Source: Candidatus Bathyarchaeota archaeon
GTDB taxonomy: Archaea; Thermoproteota; Bathyarchaeia; TCS64
Direction of reading: 5' to 3'
NCBI GenBank assembly: GCA_043826455.1
Contig: JBDRQD010000015.1
Location: 32,001-96,000, forward strand
Length of the DNA stretch: 64,000 nucleotides
Shown here: one piece after another, positions 57,156 to 64,000 of the stretch
Position numbering within the stretch: the stretch's first letter is position 1
Layout: every line of letters begins with the position of its first letter
The notes under the pieces: model-generated
What the model was told of the DNA's origin: nothing
What the model saw: the letters and a program-made list of their open reading frames with translations, nothing else
Databases searched by the model: none
Program-made: the position numbers and the translations under genes

Positions 57156-57205
57156 TCCCTAGGTTTTAATCCATAGAGAACATTCAAATCGTTGGTAAGG
57201 TTGGC

Positions 57206-57979
57206 ATGAACCGTTCCAGTAGGCAAGCATTCTACGCGACTGTCCTCCTCTTAGCCTCCGTCATCGTGTTCGGGGTCGCCTCACCGAGCAGTCTGGGCAA
57301 TGAACCGTCATCCTACGTCTACGATGTGAGGATCGAGGCCAACAGGGACACAGTCAAGGTGGGTGAGAGCTTCACTGCGACGGTCTACCTCTACAACCCG
57401 GGCGACCGCGACATCCTCCTCGAACCCATCCGCCAGTGCACTCTCAGTGGTAACAGTGTATTCGACCCTGAGCCCGTGAGCTGCGTGGTCAACATCGACT
57501 ATGTGGCCGGGGCCAAGATCAGGATAGGGGCTCGCGACAGGGCCGTGTTCCTTCGGCAGGTCTTCACGCCGGAGTACCCTGGCTCCTTCACTATCTCCTG
57601 CCTCGGCGCTAGGAAAACCGTAACAATAACCGGGTACAAAGAGGTTGCCCTGAACAGCACAGGGATTAGCCTAGTTATCGAGCCATCTCGCACAGACCTC
57701 AAAGACGGGGACTACGTTGAGTTCAACCTGGTTATAGTAAACGACAACCCGTACCCGGTGAAGGTCCCGGTATTCAACAAGCTCTCCTACAGTCTTACCC
57801 CGAACAGCCCTATCGGTACAATGTATATTGAATGGGTCTGGAGATACTTTGAGGTAGAGGCGGAGTCCCAGAGAACAGTGTGGAAAGACAGTTTCCTCGT
57901 AAGATACCCCCGCTTCAGCCTCTACTACTACGCTGACGGGGTCACTTCCTCGCTGGAGATAGAGGTCGGGAGACGATGA
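57206..57979 (+). CDS. Secreted/surface beta-sandwich (Ig-like) protein
   Basis: Signal-like N-terminus; two beta-rich domains (VYLYNPG; VNDNPYPV). Confidence 0.65.
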   Translation: MNRSSRQAFYATVLLLASVIVFGVASPSSLGNEPSSYVYDVRIEANRDTVKVGESFTATVYLYNPGDRDILLEPIRQCTLSGNSVFDPEPVSCVVNIDYVAGAKIRIGARDRAVFLRQVFTPEYPGSFTISCLGARKTVTITGYKEVALNSTGISLVIEPSRTDLKDGDYVEFNLVIVNDNPYPVKVPVFNKLSYSLTPNSPIGTMYIEWVWRYFEVEAESQRTVWKDSFLVRYPRFSLYYYADGVTSSLEIEVGRR

Positions 57980-58914
57980 CTTCTGCCCTGTTCTCTCTAT
58001 CCATGGGCTTGAACAATCTTTTCCTTATGTTGACCGTGTTTATTTTGATCGGACTCGGCCTCGGTCTTAATGTATATTTTCTGCGGTGCGTTGGAACCGG
58101 GCACCGGCTAGGACCGACGAGGCTCTGGAAAAAGTATGGAAAAGTAGCTGTACCGTTGCTGGTTATCGCGATAGGATACGCGAACCTTGACCATTATTGT
58201 AGCTTTCAGATAAAAGCCGATCAATCTAGTTACGGTGCAGGTGAAGCAGTGGAGATCAACTGTACCGTAATAAACCCACTACCAGTACTAATCTATTATC
58301 GTGGACACTCCGCGATAGTCACCGAAATGCGTTATATAGACGGCTCAAAAGTACAGAGAGCCCATTTAACCATCAGCGAAGCTACCGCAGAGGCAGCCGC
58401 GGAAGCAGCTAGAGCAGCATCAGGCGCGATTATAGATAATGGATTCATAGCACCCTACGGGGAAAAAGTCGTAAAAACAGTGATATATGTCCCGAAGTAT
58501 GAGGGAGAAGTCATAGTCAATGCAGAGTTACGGAGTATAGCTAAAGCATCAACTAGCTATCTGAGCATCTCTATAACTGAATATGAACCAATATGGGTCA
58601 CCGTTAACTCTACGGGTATCACGTTACTCCTTGAACCTAGTGAGGACCCCGATAACCCAACTATACTGATCAGGGTGAAGAATGACAATCCGTACCCTGT
58701 AAGGATCCCAACGTTCTCACCTCTGGAAATAAAACACGGTTCTCTTGACAGCGAAATGTATAATATGATTTTCATCAACTGGGTATATCCACACTGGGAT
58801 ATCCCTGCATACTCCACGAAGACCATCTATAACACGGATGCATATGCCTCGGACACTCGTACACCCATCTACTACACTCTCTACAGACAGACCCTGAGAT
58901 ATCCCCCGGAGTAA
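57976..58914 (+). CDS. Membrane-anchored beta-sandwich protein, paralog of the upstream gene
   Basis: Two N-terminal hydrophobic segments; shares NSTGI.L..EPS and NDNPYPV..P.F with the upstream ORF; ATGA overlap. Confidence 0.65.
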   Translation: MTSALFSLSMGLNNLFLMLTVFILIGLGLGLNVYFLRCVGTGHRLGPTRLWKKYGKVAVPLLVIAIGYANLDHYCSFQIKADQSSYGAGEAVEINCTVINPLPVLIYYRGHSAIVTEMRYIDGSKVQRAHLTISEATAEAAAEAARAASGAIIDNGFIAPYGEKVVKTVIYVPKYEGEVIVNAELRSIAKASTSYLSISITEYEPIWVTVNSTGITLLLEPSEDPDNPTILIRVKNDNPYPVRIPTFSPLEIKHGSLDSEMYNMIFINWVYPHWDIPAYSTKTIYNTDAYASDTRTPIYYTLYRQTLRYPPE

Positions 58915-58960
58915 CCGTTATCAGTCATCTAGCCCCGGCTTATGTAACCGGGGTGCCCTC

Positions 58961-59743
58961 ATGACAGCGGACTGGCGCAGTATACTCCATGAACTAAGTG
59001 ATAACATCCAGAACAAGGTACTCACAGTTATACCCCGACGAGGTAATCTACCAAACATTAAATTCAAAGACCTGCTAGACAAGCAAGCACAGGACGCCAT
59101 AGTCGAGACCCTTAAAGAGCACGAGGTGAGCGCTAAATTAGTCAGCGAGGAAGGCGATGTGGTATTCGGAGACGGCGAATACATCATCACAGCCGACCCA
59201 GTGGACGGCACAACCAACTTCAGCAGGGGCCTCAAGCCCGCCGCCACCAGCCTCTCCATAAGCGAGACAGGCACACAGAGCGGCGTAATAGCAGGCATCG
59301 TGGCCAACCTTTACACCGGAGAGACCTACTACGCCGAACGTGGGCGGGGTGCCACCTTGGACGGCCAACCCATAAGGGTAGCCGCACCAGAGAAGTACAG
59401 CCGAGCCCTCATCAGCATAGACATCAGCAAGGGGCCCCGCCTGGACCGCACCCGCCGCCTCCTGGAGATGAGCCGCCACCTCCGCAGCGAGGGCTGCACC
59501 GCCATGAGCCTCTGCCACGTCGCCTCCGGCACCATGGACGCCCACATAGACCTCAGGGGCATCGTCAGGGCCACAGACGTCTCGGCGGGGCTCCTCATCC
59601 TGGAGGAGGCCGGAGGCGTGTACATGGTGGACGGTATGCTCCGCGGCGACTTCCCCCTCACAAGGGACACCCACATGGAGCTGGTGGCCGCAGACTCCAT
59701 GGAGCTTCTGGATGAGATCAACTCGCTGATGGGGCGGCCATGA
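58961..59743 (+). CDS. Inositol monophosphatase/FBPase family
   Basis: SEE, DPVDGTTNF, D.SAG.LILEEAGG. Confidence 0.9.
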   Translation: MTADWRSILHELSDNIQNKVLTVIPRRGNLPNIKFKDLLDKQAQDAIVETLKEHEVSAKLVSEEGDVVFGDGEYIITADPVDGTTNFSRGLKPAATSLSISETGTQSGVIAGIVANLYTGETYYAERGRGATLDGQPIRVAAPEKYSRALISIDISKGPRLDRTRRLLEMSRHLRSEGCTAMSLCHVASGTMDAHIDLRGIVRATDVSAGLLILEEAGGVYMVDGMLRGDFPLTRDTHMELVAADSMELLDEINSLMGRP

Positions 59744-60426
59744 GGTATACGTCGGAGCTTCTCCCGGCCACCTTCCTGGAGCGCCCCAACAGGTTCCTAG
59801 GTGTCGTAGAGTTAGACGGCGCCAGGACCACCTGCTTCATCCCCAACCCTGGGCGGATGCACGAGCTCATGGTCCCCGGGACACGCGTCTACCTCGCGGA
59901 GAAGCCTGGAGACCACCGCAAGACGGGCTACGACATGGCGCTGGTGGACCACGGCGGCACCCTGGTGAGCATCGACTCCAGGCTCCCCAACGCCCTCCTG
60001 GCGGAGGCCATACAGGCAGGCACACTCAAAGAACTAGAGAACCTCAGCGTAGCCAGGGCGGAGCCCCCCTACCTAGACTCCCGCTTCGACCTCCTCCTCT
60101 CAGGGAGCGGAGGCAACATGATCCTGGAAGCCAAGTCCTGCACCCTTGTGGTGGACGGCCTAGCCATGTTCCCGGACGCCCCCACCCTTAGGGGGGCCCG
60201 CCACATGCGCACCCTAACCCAGGCCCTGAACGAGTTCAGAGCCGCAGTCGTTTTCGTCATACAGAGGCCAGACGCCTCCGCCTGGAAGCCTCACAGGGAG
60301 ATGGACCCAGGTTTCAGCGACGCCCTGGCTGAGGCGGTGGCCGCAGGGGTCGAAGCCTACGCCTACAGGTGCCACGTCACACTGGAGGGCGTGAAACTGG
60401 GTGATAGAGTGCCGATAAGCCTCTAA
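59740..60426 (+). CDS. sfsA: SfsA DNA/RNA nuclease family
   Basis: RPNRF, PNPGRM.EL, SRFD, EAKSCTL, FPDAPT.RG.RH. Confidence 0.92.
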   Translation: MRYTSELLPATFLERPNRFLGVVELDGARTTCFIPNPGRMHELMVPGTRVYLAEKPGDHRKTGYDMALVDHGGTLVSIDSRLPNALLAEAIQAGTLKELENLSVARAEPPYLDSRFDLLLSGSGGNMILEAKSCTLVVDGLAMFPDAPTLRGARHMRTLTQALNEFRAAVVFVIQRPDASAWKPHREMDPGFSDALAEAVAAGVEAYAYRCHVTLEGVKLGDRVPISL

Positions 60427-60563
60427 AGAGGCCTCTAGCCGGCGGAGAGACCTTAAAACATCGTCTCTGAGCCTAAAGCCCAAGAAAAACGGCTTTTAAC
60501 CACATGGGATCAGATACAGTTTTTAAGCACCTTATCACTGTATTCACGCTAAGAGGTTGGCGG

Positions 60564-60872
60564 ATGGGGAAGAAGAAGGTACTCAGCGAGAAGGATCTAC
60601 GCGTACTGGTCTACCCCAGCGAGAACGACGTCGTAGGAGTCGTCCAGAAGCTCCTGGGCTTCGACCGCGTTCTGGTCAAGTGCCAGGATGGCCACGTGAG
60701 AATCTGCAGGATCAGGGGTAAGATGAAGCGCCGCACCTGGATAAGGGAGGGCGACATCGTTCTCGTTTCTCCCTGGGACTTCCAGAGCGACGAGAGGGGC
60801 GAGATCTTCCACAGGTACACCGCCAACCAGGTGGACGACCTCCGCCGCAAGGGTATACTCACCATGGAGTAG
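60564..60872 (+). CDS. eif1a: Translation initiation factor aIF-1A (canonical locus)
   Basis: CQDGHVRICRIRGKMKRRTWIREGDIVLVSPWDFQ; directly upstream of rio1. Confidence 0.95.
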   Translation: MGKKKVLSEKDLRVLVYPSENDVVGVVQKLLGFDRVLVKCQDGHVRICRIRGKMKRRTWIREGDIVLVSPWDFQSDERGEIFHRYTANQVDDLRRKGILTME

Positions 60873-60885
60873 AGGAGCCACACAC

Positions 60886-61698
60886 GTGCCCCGTAAAAGA
60901 GACCCCGAGAAGGTAGGCGACCGCCTGGAGAGGGAATACGAGGAAGACGCCCTCTTCAAGGACAAGAACCGCGAGGACTTTCAGGTAATAGAGGAGGTCT
61001 TCGACCGCCTCACCATCCAAGGGATGTACAGGCTCCTGAAAAGAGGCGTCGTAGGCAAGCTCCACGGCGTCATGAAGGCCGGCAAGGAGGCCAGAGTCTA
61101 CTACGCCACAGCGCCCGACGGGACAGAGCTGGCCGTCAAGATATACTATACTCACACCGCCGAGTTCAGGAAGGGGATGTTCCAGTACATCCAGGGGGAC
61201 CCCCGCTTCGGCAGGATCCGCAGGAGCCCCCGCAGCCTCATATACACGTGGACCCAGAAGGAGTTCAACAACCTCCAGCTGTGCGAGGAGGCCGGCGTCA
61301 ACAGCCCCCGGCCCATAGAGTTCACTAGGAACATCCTGGTCATGACCTTCATAGGTGAGAACGGTGAGCCGGCGCCCCTCCTGAGGGAGCTAGAGCCCGA
61401 GGACCCTCAGGCCTTCTACGAGGCCGTGCTGGAAGGGATGCGGCTCCTCTGGCAGAGGGCGGGCCTGGCCCACGGCGACCTCAGCGAGTACAACATAATG
61501 AACTATAAGGAGGCGCCCGTCATATTCGACGTGAGCCAGGCCATGCTGACGGTTCACCCCATGGCCAATATGCTCATAGAGCGCGACATAGACAACGTCA
61601 ACGGCTACTTCAGGCGCCTGGGCGCCGACACCAGGGACCCTGAGGAGCTGAAGGAGTGGATAACAGGTGGAGCAACGGACCTTTATACGGATACCTAG
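60886..61698 (+). CDS. rio1: RIO1 family atypical protein kinase
   Basis: GKEARVY, AVKIY, W..KEF.NL, HGDLSEYNI, FDVSQA. Confidence 0.95.
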   Translation: MPRKRDPEKVGDRLEREYEEDALFKDKNREDFQVIEEVFDRLTIQGMYRLLKRGVVGKLHGVMKAGKEARVYYATAPDGTELAVKIYYTHTAEFRKGMFQYIQGDPRFGRIRRSPRSLIYTWTQKEFNNLQLCEEAGVNSPRPIEFTRNILVMTFIGENGEPAPLLRELEPEDPQAFYEAVLEGMRLLWQRAGLAHGDLSEYNIMNYKEAPVIFDVSQAMLTVHPMANMLIERDIDNVNGYFRRLGADTRDPEELKEWITGGATDLYTDT

Positions 61699-62257
61699 GG
61701 ACAGGGTGGGCGTCCTCATAGGGCCCAGCGGCAAGACCAAGCAGCGTCTGGAGGCCACCTTCCAGGTGGACCTCACAGTGGAGAGCGAGACCGGGAACGT
61801 GGAGATCGTCCCTCAGCCGGAACAGACCGACGTATCGGTGTTGTTCACTGTCCGCAACATCGTCCAGGCCATAGGCCGAGGCTTCAGCCCCCAGAGTGCC
61901 CTGACGCTGCTCAACGAGGACACCGACATCCTGGTTCTGGACCTGGAGGACTACGTGGGCTCCAGCCGAGGCAACCAGGACAGGATCAAGGGCCGGGTCA
62001 TCGGCAGGGAGGGCAAGAGCAGGGCCCTCCTGGAGCAGCTCACCGAGTGCCAAATAAGCGTGTACGGCGGCACAGTCACCATCATAGGCGCCTACGAGAT
62101 GATACCCATCGCCAAGGAGGCCGTGGAGATGCTCATGAACGGCGCCTTCCACAAGACAGTCTGGAACCACCTATACGCCGTCAGGCGGAAGCTGAAGAAG
62201 GACCGGGGAGAACTCTGGTACGAGCCCACTAGGAGACGCAGGTCCGAGGACAAGTAA
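61667..62257 (+). CDS. KH-domain pre-rRNA processing protein (Dim2/Pno1/KRR1-like)
   Basis: VLIGPSGKTK, AIGRGFSP, KGRVIGREGKSR, G..H.TV. Confidence 0.92.
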   Translation: MEQRTFIRIPRDRVGVLIGPSGKTKQRLEATFQVDLTVESETGNVEIVPQPEQTDVSVLFTVRNIVQAIGRGFSPQSALTLLNEDTDILVLDLEDYVGSSRGNQDRIKGRVIGREGKSRALLEQLTECQISVYGGTVTIIGAYEMIPIAKEAVEMLMNGAFHKTVWNHLYAVRRKLKKDRGELWYEPTRRRRSEDK

Positions 62258-62339
62258 ACGAGTGTTTCATCCACCCCCCAACCCCCCCAGCCTGCGCCCC
62301 GTTTATACCCACCACCCCCAAACCCCAAGAGGTGAAGCC

Positions 62340-62627
62340 TTGGAGTACGACGACGCCATCCAGACCTTCCAAGCCCTCCGGGACGCGGGGCTACCCGTCG
62401 CCTTCGGAGGAAACATGTTCCTGGACATCCCCTGGGTGTGGGAAGGGAGCCGGGACGACGACGGCTGGCGCTGGAGGCTGAAGGCAGAGGCCCTGAGAGA
62501 AGAGCAGCTGACTCTGTTCACCGAGGTTCTCGGGGGGCGGGGTCTGAAGTGGAGACGGATGGAGGGAAACGGCGGTGACTACATCACGGTCTACAGGCCA
62601 GGTTACAGGAAAAACCATGCTCCATGA
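62340..62627 (+). CDS. Hypothetical protein
   Basis: TTG start with GAGGTGA SD; Trp-rich 95 aa; overlaps the DUF72 start. Confidence 0.55.
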   Translation: MEYDDAIQTFQALRDAGLPVAFGGNMFLDIPWVWEGSRDDDGWRWRLKAEALREEQLTLFTEVLGGRGLKWRRMEGNGGDYITVYRPGYRKNHAP

Positions 62628-63321
62628 GGATGAGACCCCAGCCCCCGGAGCCACGGTCCTGGTGGGAACCGGGGGGTGGGACTACCTCGACGCTGAGGGA
62701 GACCGACTCAAGGCCTACTCCAAGCTCTTCAACTTCGTTGAGGTGAACACCACCTTCTACCACGTGCCTAGGCTCTCCGCCGTCAGGTCCTGGAGGAGAC
62801 GCGTTCCCCGGGGCTTCACCTTCTCGGTGAAGTGCCACAGTAGAGCCACCCACGAGCTGGGCCTAAGACCTCAGGAGGAGACCTATAGGACCCTGGACAG
62901 GATGAGGCAGGTTCTCAGGCTCCTCCGAACTGACATGCTGGTCCTCCAGACGCCGCCAAGCCTTCACGTGGACGAGGCCAAGGTGCGTGAGGCCGAGGCC
63001 GTGTTGAAGAGCTCAGCCGCAGGGGGCGCCCAGGTCTTCTGGGAGACCCGCTCACCCCTCAGCCGCGAAAAGACGCGGGAGACCCGCCAAGCTATGCTGA
63101 GGGCCGGCTTCACTCCGGTGGTGGACCTTACCCTGGAGGAACCTGTCCAGGGGTCCGGGGTCACCTACTCCCGGCTCTTCGGGGTCACCCGGTTCTCCGA
63201 TAGCCTTCTGGATAGCGTGGGGGCCAAGGTGTGGTCGGAGGGGAGCGAAGTGGCTGTCCTCACCTTCCATGGTAGCGCCATGTACCGTGACGCGGCACGG
63301 TTTAAAGAGTTGAGAAGATGA
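62617..63321 (+). CDS. DUF72 (YecE) family protein
   Basis: VGTGGW, VEVNTTFY, FSVK, LQTPPS, ETR. Confidence 0.85.
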   Translation: MLHEDETPAPGATVLVGTGGWDYLDAEGDRLKAYSKLFNFVEVNTTFYHVPRLSAVRSWRRRVPRGFTFSVKCHSRATHELGLRPQEETYRTLDRMRQVLRLLRTDMLVLQTPPSLHVDEAKVREAEAVLKSSAAGGAQVFWETRSPLSREKTRETRQAMLRAGFTPVVDLTLEEPVQGSGVTYSRLFGVTRFSDSLLDSVGAKVWSEGSEVAVLTFHGSAMYRDAARFKELRR

Positions 63322-63492
63322 CGGTTGTATGAAGCCAAGCTACCTTTCTTTGCTTTAATCATGTTAAAACCTACACGCATTTACAATCATTCTTTACTGA
63401 ACCCTTAACTACGCTGTGATCTCGGTACCTATGTGCTTTAATATTCTTAGCAGGTATCATTCAGCATTAGAAGGGAGGCTAACGCAGGCCAG

Positions 63493-64000
63493 ATGACACA
63501 AGTAGAGTACCAGTCCATCAGCCCATCGGACTTCTTTTACAGGAACAGAGAGCTCGCCGGATTCAGCAATCCCAGCAGGGCCACCTATACAGCCTTCAGG
63601 GAGCTGCTGGAGAACAGCCTGGACGCCTGCGAGGTCCAGCGGGTGCCTCCCGACGTGTTCATCAGGATAAGCGAGGTGGGGGGCAGTCACAGCGGGGACA
63701 CCACCATCTACAAGCTCAGGATCGAGGACAACGGCACCGGCGTATCCGACGAGCACCTACCCAAGGCCTTCGGGTCCGTGTTCTATGGAAGCAAGTACAC
63801 CCTCAAGCAGAGCAGGGGCACCTTCGGCCTCGGCGGCACCATGGCGTTCCTATATGGTCAGATCACCACCCACAAGCCCATGATTGTCACCAGCAGCACC
63901 GGCGGCGACATCCACGAGTTCGTCATGATGATCGACATCCAGAACAACCAGGCCAACATCCTGAAGCACAGCGTCAAGCAGAACCCCGGCGGCTGGAGGG
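63493..64000 (+). CDS. top6B: DNA topoisomerase VI subunit B (partial, runs off the window)
   Basis: Own translation MTQVEYQSISPSDFFYRNRELAGFSNP...RELLENSLDACE...IEDNGTG...GSKY...QSRGTFGLG. Confidence 0.95.
   Translation, partial: MTQVEYQSISPSDFFYRNRELAGFSNPSRATYTAFRELLENSLDACEVQRVPPDVFIRISEVGGSHSGDTTIYKLRIEDNGTGVSDEHLPKAFGSVFYGSKYTLKQSRGTFGLGGTMAFLYGQITTHKPMIVTSSTGGDIHEFVMMIDIQNNQANILKHSVKQNPGGWR

Overview
Archaeal chromosome segment of mostly high GC. The aIF-1A/RIO1/KH/topo VI B cluster and TATA-like promoters mark it as archaeal; Bathyarchaeia is a plausible but inferred lineage. Contents in order: (1) a co-oriented amino-acid/amide catabolism block (amidohydrolase, alpha/beta hydrolase, M14 desuccinylase-like, AlaX, aminotransferase, cyclase, PLP decarboxylase, MFS); (2) lemA-htpX; (3) a family III CoA transferase next to a TPP enzyme; (4) an AT-rich island of about 3.6 kb with a second aIF-1A, small regulators and UspA; (5) pyk with a fucose-isomerase-like gene and an FGGY kinase; (6) two convergent xanthine-dehydrogenase-family operons meeting at XdhC and a MocA-like gene, followed by a NikR-like regulator, a P1B ATPase, an ArsD-like Cys-rich protein, tupABC and moaADECB-moeA; (7) kynureninase and several MFS genes; (8) DNA-repair and core information-processing genes. 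Three VapBC modules are dispersed across the window. The most unusual element is non-coding: six copies of the palindrome AATGGTACCATT at about 52610-52870, spaced close to whole helical turns. I saw no CRISPR array, tRNA, rRNA or transposase.
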